DNA of 61,549 bases, the filler included, from Sphacelaria rigidula (taxonomy: Eukaryota): assembly GCA_964200075.2 (NCBI GenBank). It is 10 parts of 10 records of this genome, joined end to end, with 100 filler letters (N's around TTAATTAATTAA, not from the genome) between each part and the next. Parts side by side here need not be neighbours in the genome. Positions count along the whole stretch, not along the records: positions 1 to 6,066 come from CAXNAA020022468.1; positions 6,167 to 12,232 come from CAXNAA020022469.1; 8 more parts are not named here. One strand, given 5' to 3'. Position 1 is the stretch's first letter. Every line of letters starts with the position of its first letter. Both the position numbers and the translations under genes were made by a program. Under the pieces are notes generated by a model. It was not told the origin of the DNA and made no database searches. It saw only the letters and a program-made list of their open reading frames with translations. This document shows, in pieces, positions 1 through 11,795 of this stretch.

Positions 1-620
1 GGATGACAGCCTACAATGAGTTGCTTTATTTTGTGGTATCGCCACTTCCAGAGACAGTCACGGCTTATACACTGCCTCATGGGTGTCTCACCATGCTGGG
101 GGACGGGGGGGGGGGCTATCCCGGAATCATTCACGTTCACCATTTATCTCATGACAGAGGAGCACGGCTGGCTGGATTTCTAGCGAAATCAGTTCATGTG
201 CGACGATCTACTACGGAACGTATCAACCAATCCAGCAATTTTACAGCAAAAATAAAGTAGCGACAACCTCACTACTAATAGAGCAGCCTTGCAAGTCTCA
301 GGTCACGGCGTGGACAACGGCCGCCGTTGTACCACTCGTCTCAGCTCCCAAGTTTTCATGTCGATTTTTCGGAGCAAAACATTTGGCAAACATCTTCGTA
401 ACATACACGACAGGTCAATTTTTGCTGGATAGTCTGTCAATCATCACAGCTGCTAAATTTTCGGACCGATTCTCTGGAGCAAAGCATTTGGAGAACGTTC
501 TCACAACGCTTGCGGTCACGATCAAATTGTGCAGGAGATTCTGCCAATCATCAAAGCTGCCACACTCTCGTATCGAACTTCTGGTCCAAAACACTTTGAA
601 AAACACTTCACAACACTCAT

Positions 621-853
621 GTGTGTGTGTGTGTGTGTTGTCGTCCCATCTATTCAAGACGCCCGTCTACACCTTTCGGTATATGTGGGCGCACCAGCCG
701 GGGTCACACAGGGGGAAGGCCAACACAGAATTTTTTTCCTTTTCTGCTTGTTTTTAGTTCTCCACCTTCCTTCTGCGGTGCTTGCCTTTATTTTTCACCA
801 CGAGAGGGGTTCAGCTGCCCCTTTCCCTCGTCGACCATTAAGTCGCACTGTGT
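621..853 (-). mobile_element. Dispersed ~230-bp repeat (family A), SINE/LINE-3'-end-like, ending in a (CA)n tail on the minus strand
   Basis: Shares GTGGGCGCACCAGCCGGGGTCACACAG and CCACCTTCCTTCTGCGG...CCCTCGTCGACC with copies at ~4250-4475 and ~31692-31925 and a fragment near 17125-17170. The three longer copies begin at a (GT)n-like run. Confidence 0.75.
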
Positions 854-1521
854 GACACATCAATCTTTTTCTGGATAGTGTGCCAATCATGTCCGCTGCC
901 AATTTTTCGTTTTGTTTTTTCTGGAACGAAACATTCGAAAACCATTCTTACAACATGTTCGGCGACAGATGAAATTATGCTGAATACAGATAGTCTCCGT
1001 CGAGTCTTGGACGGAGTTAGCCTTATACGCACAACACGGAGCATGCAGGCTCATTGTGTCGTACAAGTAGGTCCACGGTCAACACGCACAACAACTGTCT
1101 CCCTTAGCGACAGACATACCACAATGTATAGACCGTTCTAGCAAAACCAATCAAAGCAGCCAGGATCACTTCCCTCGAGCCGAGTACCGCTGGGGTCCCG
1201 GCATAGGGCGTTATATCGCCAGCCCGGCATAGCTGCACTGTCCTGGGACCCCGCACCATGCTGTTGTCGTACAATTTCTTGATGTAGCACTGATTGATTG
1301 ATTGGTTGATTGTCCCAAGTATATTGATCATGATCCACAGGATACAAGATAGACGCGCTGTACCTTGTCATGGTGAACGAAACGGGAACACTCGCTCAAG
1401 AAGAGAGACATAAACGGAAAAAGGCAAAACAAATAGAAAGAAAAACAGGCTAAAACGGAGTAACTGAGAAACGAAACCTAAAACAAACAAGACAAAAACA
1501 TTGAAAAAAAAACAAAAAAAC

Positions 1522-1617
1522 AAGGAAAGGAAAGGAAAGGAAAGGAAAGGAAAGGAAAGGAAAGGAAAGGAAAGGAAAGGAAAGGAAAGGAAAGGAAAGG
1601 AAAGGAAAGGAAAGGAA
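1522..1617 (+). repeat. (GGAAA)n microsatellite within a probable non-LTR 3' UTR
   Basis: Perfect pentamer run. The neighbouring 1290-1400 resembles 5525-5660 and 10320-10430, which all end in (TCAA)n-like tails on the minus strand. Confidence 0.9.
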
Positions 1618-2591
1618 CTCGCAAAACAATACATTAATGAAAATAGGTATTTGAAAAACAAAATGACGATATAAACGTTAAAGTGGCCGGCCCCTGCAGC
1701 ATGGCTTCAGGTGAAGAAAAAAGTCGCGCGCAAAAAACAGTACTGCATAGCGGATCGAACTCGTGACAAGCGACAGATATTGTCCACACTGCTGTGCGAC
1801 ACTCCCACTTTAGAGGACCGCGCTCCAGTCGGGCACCTCTGGGCATCTTGACAAAAACCTGTAGACCGCTCTGACAAAAACCAAACAGAACAGCCGGAGA
1901 AGCTCCCTCGTGCCACCGAGTATTCCGCCAAAATAGCATACAAAGACCGCTCTGGAATATACCCTACAACATGTGTACCCTATTAATAGAACGACGACAT
2001 ACTGACGGTAGGACATATTTGCTCTGTTTCAAAATGTGCTTGACTACATCACAAGTTCAGACGTATCCTAAACTCCTCACCTTAGAGTCCTTCTCAGGGA
2101 AAGGTGGAGGGGAGTCAAATCTACTTCCCATCTGGATTCCCGCGCGCGCTGCTCCCGAGCGACCTCCAACACCATCGTCACGAGGCGCGCTCAGGCCCGT
2201 GTGCATGGGCGCAGAACGGGGCGCCGAACCTTCCGTAGCACGGTCCGAGGGAAACACCGTCATGTTGATGGCATCGTACCGTATATCGGCAATTAAGACT
2301 CGTGTCGCCAGTCTATCGACGAAGAAGTGTGATACATACAAGTAGTCAAAAACCTCTATCACACACTTGAGAACAGCATGTAACATATAATATATATATA
2401 TATATATGCATGCAGTCTTCGGAAATTGGGAGAAAGATATGTGCGTGAAATCGGCGGGAAAAAAGGGATGAATCATGGAACAAAATGCAAGGATAGGTTC
2501 TTCTTTCAGTTTGATTCTGCTTCGCTCTCTCGCTCTGTCTCTCTGTCTCTCCCTCTCTGTCTATCTCTCTCTCCATCTCTGTCTCTGTCTC

Positions 2592-3009
2592 ATGACCACG
2601 GCTCGATTCCTAGGGGATCCGAAAATGTGCCACATCCGATCAAATTCGAAGACGCAACCCCTATTTCTTCATGCATCTACATTGTTAATTTTTATATTTA
2701 TTTGTCGCACTTTGAACCCTTCCCCTTCCTGGGGACGAGTCCGTGATCTCAAGGGATCGATCAAGCCACCATCTCTCCCCGGTACGGTACACGCCTTGCA
2801 TTTTGGTCTCGCAGATTGGATCATGACTAACACCCCCGCACCGCGTCAACTCACGCCAAACAAACTCAGTCGACTACTTTGTTCACTCACGTTATCACGT
2901 TTCCCACGGTGGAAATCAGATAGCACGAAGAAAAACACCAGTACGTCGGGAATCGAACTCTCGTTTTCTCCACCCTGACGGCGACAGTCGGACCATTACA
3001 CCACCGGAG
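2592..3009 (-). mobile_element. tRNA-derived SINE-like element (family B)
   Basis: Minus-strand head has an A-box TGGTGTAATGG (2993-3003) and a B-box GTTCGATTCC (2949-2958). The core GATCCCTTGAGATCACGGACTCGTCCC-AGGAAGGG recurs at ~8195-8235, ~46640-46710 and, diverged, at ~6470-6565. Confidence 0.7.
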
Positions 3010-4249
3010 AGCGGCGGCTCTCTGTAACACATGATTACACCAACACATCCCCCCGAGGTCTCAATGCAGGAACCCATTTCTTCGTTACCTGGACTCGCGC
3101 ACCCTCCCGTGGAACGGCTTGAAGAACCCGCGAGACGGCTTGAAGAGCTCGCGGAACGACTCGACGGGCTCGCGGGATCCCTACCAAGACCAGTCGAACG
3201 TACCAGGACGTTCTTGGCCCTCCTGGGCTTGGATCTAGGAGGGTAGAGTAAGCGGGTCAGGCAGGGTATGGACGAGAGGAAATGATTCTTTTTTTAATCA
3301 GGCGTTTTCGACGGCCTTCTGAATGCATTCCTCGTTTTCTTTTCAGGATATCCTTCCGTGCTGCTTGCTTGCTTACTTCAAAGTGACGTGACAGGGTCGT
3401 GGAAAAGGTCCCGGAAGTCAGGCCACGGTAGAGCTTGAAATTTTTGGCGCAGCATCTCCTCCTTCGGGGGCTTCTAACGATAGGAGGCAGCCAATAATAT
3501 GGGTCAAGGCACTGCCGTTTCAAAATTAATTCGAGACAGGCCTAGCCCATTGCTACGCTGACCGTGATGTGCCCTCAAATACTTCTCAAATCGTGTTTTG
3601 AATGACATGAAGCGCGCCTAAGAAATCAAACTGAGAAACAGTTTGTGCACCTCTAGCGCGACAAGACTTCGGGGGTGGGGGGGAAGTAATGAAATAATGT
3701 TTCTTGAACCCTTTGGAGACGCGAGGTCTCCTTCCGAACCAGTGTCGACGGCTGATACGTGGAACTCAACGCAGGCGAAACCCGACGCCTCCCCATAGCG
3801 AACCCCCCCTTCCTGTTCGTGAGGATCCTCCCCCCCCCCCAATGACAAATGACAAATGCACCGCGTGTCGTCCTGCGGCACCTCAATCATCGATACATGC
3901 AATTCCGTAATTATTGCACCGGGATCTTTCTGAATCTCCGTGTTGGCCGCTCCGACCCGGTGATCTGAATTAAAATGATGCAGCTGAAGACAGTCATAGG
4001 AAGATCGGAAGACTGCGGGTTCGGAATCGAATCCAGGCGGATACATTTTTCGTCAGTCTTTTTTTTCCCCGCAGAAGTACAGTACGTGTATCTGATTTCG
4101 ACACCAGAAATGCAAGGACGTGGGTACAGCAGCAACGACAGTGTCCTTGACTACAAGTAGGGCACGGTCGCGACGCAGTGCCGCGGGGATGTTGGTCATG
4201 ATCCAGTCCGTGCCCGAAATGATAGCAAAAATGTAGAAGTGGTCATACT

Positions 4250-4475
4250 GTGCGTGTGTGTGTGTGTTATCATCCCATCCATTATGGACGCCAGTCTAGA
4301 TCGTTTGGTCTGTGTGGGCGCACCGGCCGGGGTCACACAGGAAGAAGGTCAACACAGGAGTTTCTTGTTTTTTATTCGTTTTAGTTCTCCACCTTCCTTC
4401 TGCGGGGCTTGCCTTATTTTTTTATCGCGAGAAGGGTTCAGCACTCCCTTTCCCTCGTCGACCGTCAAGTCGAAA
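4250..4475 (-). mobile_element. Family A repeat copy
   Basis: Colinear similarity to 621-853 and 31692-31925. Confidence 0.75.
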
Positions 4476-4612
4476 TAGTCGTACTGTGCCGGGAAAAGAT
4501 AGGGGTGAGATTATCCGTGAAACCACAGACTCGTCGTTCCGAGGACGGGGAGGCGTTAAAAGTGCAACGAAAAGAAGAAACAAAACACTCCAATAGTAGT
4601 CGATTCGATATA

Positions 4613-4614
<2 letters not shown>

Positions 4615-4674
<60 letters not shown>

Positions 4675-4692
4675 TTCTCTTTCTCTCTCTCC
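4615..4692 (+). repeat. (CT)n microsatellite
   Basis: Long CT dinucleotide run. Confidence 0.95.
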
Positions 4693-4696
4693 CTTT

Positions 4697-5171
4697 GTTG
4701 TCCATTGGGTTGGCGTCGGTTGTCAATGACGCTGTCAAACACGCCACTCAATGCGTACGCTAGGCAACCAGGCTACGGATTATTTTCATGCCTGCATTTC
4801 TTTTGCGGTAACCATGATGGTGGTCGAGCTAGATCATATTGTGCGGGGTGGGAGAACCTCGATTCTGCGCAAAGGAGATGATCATACTACGTGGTGTTTA
4901 AACGGTGAGACACCCATGAGGCAGTGCGTAAGCCGGGGCTGTCTCTGGAAGTGGCGATACCAGAAGATGAAGCAACTCATTCGAGGCTGTCATCCAAACA
5001 CAAGGTAATCAGTAGGCTTCAGGCCGAACAATCTCAGCAGGATGCAGCTCATCCTTCATGCGACTCGCCGAACACACATCACGGCGCTTCGCGGTTGGTG
5101 GTCGATTGCGACCCCGGCCCGGTGAAAACCCGGCGTGCTCCGTCCCGGCACTGTAGGGGTGCGAGGTCAAT
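4697..5171 (-). mobile_element. Dispersed ~480-bp repeat (family C), unclassified
   Basis: The reverse complement matches 43158-43515, 1-95 and 49322-49411. The motif CCCGGCGTGCTCCGTCCCGGC also occurs at 12191-12211. Confidence 0.75.
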
Positions 5172-6066
5172 GGTCTTGTGACTAGGGCATGCAAGATTAC
5201 CAGTACACCCTCCCCGTTTGAAGAGTTCGAGCAGGTGCTGTCGCGGGAAGGAGTTCAGACCCAAGTCTTGAAGGGGTTCAAGTCTCCCTGGGGCAGGTTG
5301 CTCGTTGGTGTGAAGTCACGCCATCTCATTTCCAAAAAACATCAAAACAAAGTAGAAATACCCGACGTACTGTCTTGCGTTCCTCCCTTGAACTAGCAGC
5401 GGTGACTCGCGCACGCCAATACGTTTGCATTTCCGCTATAGTTCCTCGGTATGACACCCCCTCGTAGCCCCCAGGAATAATCCCTTTTATCTCTATCTCC
5501 CCCGGGATGAACCGTGCCCGCCTCGATTGATTGATATAGCTTGACTGTTCGGTCGGTTGGCTATCCTGCATTCATACTATAGGCTCGCTACAAAATTATT
5601 CATGGTCACAAGCCAGACCTTCCCGAGGTGAACGAACGGGACCACTTGCTGAAGGTAAGTCGAAATCAAGCCGCAAAAAAGGAAACGGAAAGGAGAAGAA
5701 ATAATATATATATATATAGCGTAGACGCCAAGGTACGGACTAATTAATTACTACTTATGGTTCCGAAAAATAATGACAATAAACAAAATGACACGCCCCT
5801 GCCAGGATTTTTCAGGTAAGGGGTCCATGCAGAGAGCAAGGCCGTGGAAATAGGTTGCAACTCAGCTATGTAGCGACCGTGCGGTTAAGAGGCAAAACCC
5901 CGAAGTGCCGACTCTGCAACAATGAGGCACAAAACACTGATACAGAAAGGTAATGTAGAGAGAGAGAGGAAGAGAGACAGAGAGACGGAGGAACATAATG
6001 GGGGGGGGGGGGGGGGTATTTTGATGTTCCGTGTCTTAGTTTGGGGACGTTTTTCCCCTTATTCCT

Positions 6067-6166
6067 NNNNNNNNNNNNNNNNNNNNNNNNNNNNNNNNNN
6101 NNNNNNNNNNTTAATTAATTAANNNNNNNNNNNNNNNNNNNNNNNNNNNNNNNNNNNNNNNNNNNN
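6067..6166. other. Artificial contig spacer (44 N + TTAATTAATTAA + 44 N)
   Basis: Identical 100-nt spacers at 6067-6166, 12233-12332, 18398-18497, 24563-24662, 30728-30827, 36893-36992, 43058-43157, 49222-49321 and 55386-55485. They separate pieces of 6066-6064 bp in descending length. Confidence 0.99.
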
Positions 6167-6750
6167 AGGGGGGCAAAATACCTGCAAAATACGGCCTTTT
6201 TCAGGCCGACTGGTTTTTCCTCGGCCGCTCATGCACGCGGGGTGGTGCGTGCAACAAAAAAAAAAACGGACTTTAACAAAAATACTCAAAAGATTTCAAA
6301 AAAATGGTCGCCGGCGGCATCGGACACCGCCAAAGGTCTGTGTAAACATAAGGACCTTTACTTATGGCACAGAGGAAGTATATATATACATATATTTATA
6401 TGTGTATGAAAAATTGCACCATCTAGTGAGCACGCGCGACTGTGAAACACGTGGCTCTTTTCATTTCTATTTTCCCTTCTCGTCACACTTTTTATCCATA
6501 ACCTTCCTCAGGATGGGTCCGCATTCTCGAGGAATCAACCCATCTCTCCCCCGAGATGCACCTGCCTAACATTTTGTCCTGGAGGATTAAGGTTAGCAGT
6601 TCCGCGCCAGGCCAATTTTCCCCCGAACTTTGTATTTTTTTACCCGCTTTTTCACAATTTCAAAGACAGGAGGCAGATTCAGCTCAAAAAGGCCGAATTT
6701 TGTCGAGATGCAAAACCTCAACCCTCTGCCCTAACTAGCTATTGGTACAT

Positions 6751-6912
6751 CATTTTAATTTAGATCACCGGGTCATGGGAGTTTTTCACCAATTAAATTT
6801 ACACCACCAGGTCGTGAGATGCCTTAGTGCACCATTTTAATTCAGACAAATCGAACGTGGGAGGTTTCGGTGCACTATTTTAATCTAGACCACCAGGGCG
6901 TGAGAGATTTTC
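6751..6912 (+). repeat. Degenerate ~43-bp minisatellite, about 4 units
   Basis: Recurrent ATTTTAAT-N-AGAC/T...CGTGRGA units. Confidence 0.55.
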
Positions 6913-7634
6913 GCTAGCAAAATGATACTGGGAAGTAATTAAGAGGACTGTCTCCCCAGTTTTTGTACCGTGTACTCGAGAGGCTGATCCCAATCTGATC
7001 GTATCTAAAATGTACATGTGTATCCATACACATGTGGCCAAAATATGTGATATCGTCATATGGAGTGAAGGCCCGAAACCGTATTACACTACCGACGAGC
7101 TTTTTATAACAAAGAAATATCATGGCACATTGTTTTAGCGCGAAGGAGTGCTAAGTAGACGGACAGACAACATTGAAGCCGGGCGGATAAACACGGTAAG
7201 AATCAGCTCACAGAGACCGCGTGTAGCGCTTGACTTTCCCTCAGTGTTCGTGTTCCTGAGGAGCACTGAAAATACACGAGTTAACGATAGGAATTGAGAG
7301 GGTTGAGACGAGGGCTCGGGTTAGGGGCGAAATATGTACCCATGACGTGGCCTTGGCGGGCACCTACCTTGAAACGAGGGGCGAGGGGGGGTGCTCATGA
7401 TCATGGATGCCGTAGTCATATGACCATTGGCCTCGTATCCCCATGAAGCCTGTACAGAGCACGCCAAGTTTGCGCCGGACTAGGTTCGCAATCAATCACC
7501 AAACGCAAAGCGGGGAGGAGGAGCCATCCCCGAGACGAAACGTACATGAAGAGATGTAAGTGAAAGCTGACGTGTATCCACACGCCCTCCATCGTTGAAT
7601 TTATTCTGTTTTTTTTTAATCCCATCGGGCACAG

Positions 7635-7753
7635 GACAAGGAGGCCCGGGATCGCCCTCGGAGCAGGTAGAGCTCCGACCTTTGGGCCCCCTCAAGAAGC
7701 TCTGGCCCGGAAGAGCGGACCAGATACAAGAACTGGCAGGGTTGGTTGGGGAG
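7635..7753 (+). CDS. ORC5: Origin recognition complex subunit 5, N-terminal exon (partial)
   Basis: Encodes LKKLWPGRADQIQELAGLVGE, matching the PxRxxQixxLxxLlg motif that precedes the ORC5 AAA+ Walker A. Polypyrimidine tract + CAG acceptor at 7634. Phase-0 GTGCGT donor at 7754 joins in frame to the exon at 11614. The 5' boundary is uncertain. Confidence 0.7.
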
Positions 7754-7949
7754 GTGCGTGTCCTTTGTGCGGTCTGGATTGGCTCCACGGTACGCCCATT
7801 GCAACAGCAACGCCAAACCGCCGTTGCATTCCGCCAAACCATGACCACATCACTGCGCTGTGTTTCCCGAACTTTTGGTCTCATTTTCTATTTTGTCTTG
7901 GTTCTTGAGTTCTGCAGCACACAAAATGGAATTTTAGTCGTCAAATAGG

Positions 7950-8245
7950 GCGCTCCGATGGCCCAAGCGGTAGTGTACGCCAACCGGCAGCTAGGGCGGA
8001 AGGGCGCGCGGTCGAATCTCGACTGACGCGGTAGTTTTTACGCGGCAGAATCTCGTTTCCCTTCTTGAAAGCGTGAGAACGCGCTGGTAGCAACAGAAGA
8101 TACGCCGAGAAGTGGACGGGGTGCGGTAGAGATGGTGGTCATCAAGCTAATCCTCGATTATAACATGTCTGATGTGTACCAAGGGAGAGACGGGTTGATC
8201 CCTTGAGACCACGGACTCGTCCCGAGGAAGGGCAATTAAACGTAT
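7950..8245 (+). mobile_element. Family B tRNA-derived SINE-like copy inside the ORC5 intron
   Basis: A-box-like TGGCCCAAGCGG, B-box-like GGTCGAATCTC, then the core GATCCCTTGAGACCACGGACTCGTCCCGAGGAAGGG. Confidence 0.6.
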
Positions 8246-8720
8246 GGCGGGAACTTGAAAAACAAAATTGGTCAAGGATTTATTGATGCAAGTATTGCTC
8301 GTTACCATGTTTTTCGGGGAACTTTTTGGGGGGTGATCGCCCGCCTTTTTCACGGGGGGCGCGGAGAATCGGTCGCGGAGGTAGGCTGGTCCGTCTGCGT
8401 CCTTCCACCCGTGGTACAGCCGAGATGAAGTTACGAGATTTTCAACCATTGTAGGTCAAATGAAAATGGTTAAAATACAGTCAGCTCTCGTCATAGGATG
8501 TGCAAGTTTTTTGGCTTGGATACTAGGAGAGGCGATTAAAAAATGTAGCCTATTTACCACACATTGTAGGTTACTTTTTTTTTACACCCATCCCGTGAGG
8601 TGCTGACATCAAACGAAGTTGTGCTATTACGCGTCTTTGTTAAAAACGTGTGAATATGAAAAAAACACGATGCAAAGTGCGACGCATGGAACATTTTGTC
8701 GTATTGTGCTGCTCACGACG

Positions 8721-8803
8721 GTACAGACAGTACGGTACAGTACAGTACAGTACAGTGCAGTGCAGTACAGTGCAGTGCAGTGCAGTGCAGTGCAGTGCAG
8801 TAC
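8721..8803 (+). repeat. (CAGTA/CAGTG)n pentamer microsatellite
   Basis: Direct reading. The same motif occurs at 49758-49866. Confidence 0.95.
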
Positions 8804-11613
8804 GGCAGAGCAGCTGAGAGTACAGTCCCTTCAGCCACCGCTGCGAACAGACCGGTGACAATTAGAAACAAGCAGGCATTCCATGAAAAGGCGGCATTGC
8901 GGACAGCGACGTACAGTAGAGCCACTATGCACCGCTTTTGTCGAGGACGTGAAATGGAAGTTTCGATCACTTGCCGGCGGTCAGCAAGCTGAAACACCAG
9001 TTTGAAATCGACGTGTGGACACAGTATAGTACAGTAGAGCACAGCAGCGGTAGCGTGCAGTGCCCGTCTTCGGGATGGTTCTGCCGTGCTTGCCTTATTT
9101 TCTATCGCCAGAAGGGTTCGTTGTCGATCGTCGATCGTCGATCGTGAAGTCCAATTCTGCGTACCCTCACGGACCATGCCGGAGTGTCGGAAACAGGAGT
9201 CCATGTATTTTTCTGCATCGTACCGGAAAGTCCGCTACACATTTCGGGAGGAACATTCCGGTATGGTTTAGTATGCCAACCGACCCCCCCCCCCCTTCCG
9301 GGTATACCCTAAAGAACACGACCTTAGAATTTTTTTCTGTAATTTTTTCCTGAAGATCGCGACCATTATGTTGGCCATTTCTTATGGGCTGCGACGGGGG
9401 TGCTCGTGTTGTACTCTATTTCGTTCACTATATATTTCGCGGACCAATTTTTTTACTGACACTTGTGGGTACCAGATATGCGAACCCAACATGCCTTATG
9501 GTTCATCTCGGAACCAGTCAGACCCACTCGTCCTGTCCATAGGAAACTTCTAGCCCACGAGGAAGGTTACTCGTGTCTCGACTCGACCGCTGATGGAGAG
9601 CTACCCCTAAGCCTTGAAGTCACGGAGCGATGTGTATGCTGCGAGCTCAAGGCCAACGCACACAACACCACCACGCACATTCTGCGAGCTTGACTGTAAA
9701 ACACACCACCGAGCACCTTCTATGAGCTTGACTGGTGTGTCGTCTTTCCCTTTTGTCCGGGACCAGGTGCGAGGCTACCCCCTCACCCCCCATCTCACAC
9801 TTCTCCTGGGATCTTCTCTGTTTGCTCTCCAGAGCACTTGTCCTCTACGCAACCGTCATAGCTTATTCGACAGAGCTCTCTGCTGTCCGAGAGGCGAGGG
9901 CTTATAACCCCTCTGGCGGTATCCTACTGTGTAAAAACCGTACCACGATTTGTTTGTGGGCAAATTATGAAGAGAGGTACAGCATCGCGTATTTTCTCAT
10001 GTTGTATATACAGCACAAAGTGACAGTGTATGTCTGAAATTGTGTGAAAAAATCCCGCTGGAAATGGTTTTTGGATGAAAGTTTACGATGATGGTCGAAG
10101 TGGTTCAAGTTGCTGTTGAGGATAAGTAACACGAGGGTCCTTCGAGTTAAACATCGAAACGTATTGCATGCCAATACACCGAACCACTGTGTCCCCACGG
10201 ACACGGTAGCGTACGGCAACCCCAACCTTTGAAACAAAAAGTTTGAATGGGCGAAACCAGTGATGACACTCAAAAATCAGCCGTGCAAGAAGGACTCGTG
10301 GTATGCTCCCATTTATATACACTTGATTGATTGATTGTCGCACTTTAACTGATCCCCCCAAGGGTCCAGCCGTGGTCGCATGATAGACGTACCCAACAAA
10401 CACGAAACTGAAACATGCTCTAAGAAAAAGAAGGAACAGAAAAAAACGGGGAGTCGAACAGAACGACACAGCAGACTAAGTCGTAACAAAATACACACAC
10501 ACATATATATATTTTTATGAAACATCTAACACCGTTCGGTTGACGTCTGAGACTACACCATCAGAATCGCCGGGTAATCTGCATGTGTGCGTATTATATC
10601 ACACGGTTTTACTGAGAAGTCGCCTCACCTGATAACATGTTGATATTGATGCCCTCACCTCAACCCGTGTTGCCCAGATCGTCGTGTTAAATGTGAACAT
10701 AAGCAAGAGCACTGCACTGCACTGCACTGTGCTGTACTTCTATACAATCAACATGTACACAGTAATATTCATTCGCCCAAAAAAGCGAGGCCGAAAAAGA
10801 TTGGGCGAAGAGCGACTGGATGTAAACATCGACGGGCTGAGATACTTCTGGTTGATGCGATGCTCGATGCTCGATGCTCGATATAACAGGTCAAGGCAGG
10901 TGCAGTACCAAGGAGTGGTGAATGTCGAGTTGGGTTGATCGCGCTAGACTACGGACTTGTCCCAAGGGAGTGGGGCGGCGGGGTACGAATATGACTCGAA
11001 AGAGATGCGTAGAAGCTTCGGATGGCATCGACGATTGAAGCGCACACGTTTGCCGTTGAACGCGTTGTACTATGGGTTTGTTGCCCCGTGGCTGGCTTTT
11101 TGATTGCCGTCGTTTTTGCGCATTCAGTATCGCGTGTGCCGCGTGCGGAACACGTGTGAACTGTGTTCAGGGTGGTGACATTGTTTCTTGTTTTTGCCTT
11201 CCTTTGTGATGGTCCTTGGGAACGGTCCAATGGGAACGGTGCGTAGGTGAGCAGACAAGAGAGACAGCCAGACAGTCAGGCTGACAGCCAATCAGTCGGA
11301 TAACCAGCCAGTCAGTCAGACAGACAGTCAGATAGACAGTCAGGCAGTCAAGACAGTCGGACAATCAGACAGTCGGACAGACAGACACCGGTACAAGATC
11401 GGCATGCAGTAGGACACAGCACACTAGACAAGAACAGAAATACACTGGGCATGAAACATGAGGCACAAGGCAGAGGGCACGAGACACACGGGACACAAAA
11501 GAGAAGCAGGAGGTGTCTGCATGTGACGAGGGTACACCAAATTGTTTAACGTTTTCCCTTTCGAGACAAGCTTTTTCCCGACGCAACGTTTCGCCACGGG
11601 ATGCACGATGCAG

Positions 11614-11795
11614 GTCGCCGACGGTGTTCCGGTGCCCCCATTGTTGGTAACGGGACCCCCCTCTACGGGTAAAACAAGCGTCGTTAGAGCCGTCCTGGAC
11701 TACCGAGGTTTCTCCTATGTACACGTGAACTGCATGGAGGTTGTGGCGAAGAACAACCTCTTCGAGGCCGTCATCGAGCAGACGGCTGGATCGAG
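11614..11795 (+). CDS. ORC5: ORC5 AAA+ (Walker A) exon (partial)
   Basis: VADGVPVPPLLVTGPPSTGKTSVVRAVLDYRGFSYVHVNCMEVVAKNNLFEAVIEQ: Walker A GxxxTGKT followed by the vNCxE...lFExI pattern of the ORC5/Cdc6 clade. CAG acceptor at 11613, AG|GTACAT donor at 11796. Confidence 0.8.

Noticed and set aside
1368..1661. Repetitive ORFs (FPFLS, STVQY, ERER, poly-I/Y, here and at 4400-4750, 8600-9200, 49400-50200, 55000-55370)
   Set aside because: These are microsatellite read-through with no coding evidence.
2941..3009. Functional tRNA genes (also 7950-8030, 34985-35045, 55592-55665)
   Set aside because: A/B boxes are present but there is no complete cloverleaf or anticodon arm. They are better explained as SINE heads.
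3031..3246. Heptad-like ORF ERLEEPARRLEELAERL
   Set aside because: It is a short 21-nt degenerate repeat with no splice or family support.
5922..6122. ORFs ending in X-runs and LIN (also at the other spacers)
   Set aside because: They are translations of the artificial N/TTAATTAATTAA spacer.
6751..6912. Spaced repeats as a CRISPR-like array
   Set aside because: Units are degenerate along their whole length, with no constant repeat or unique spacers, no cas genes and a eukaryotic context.
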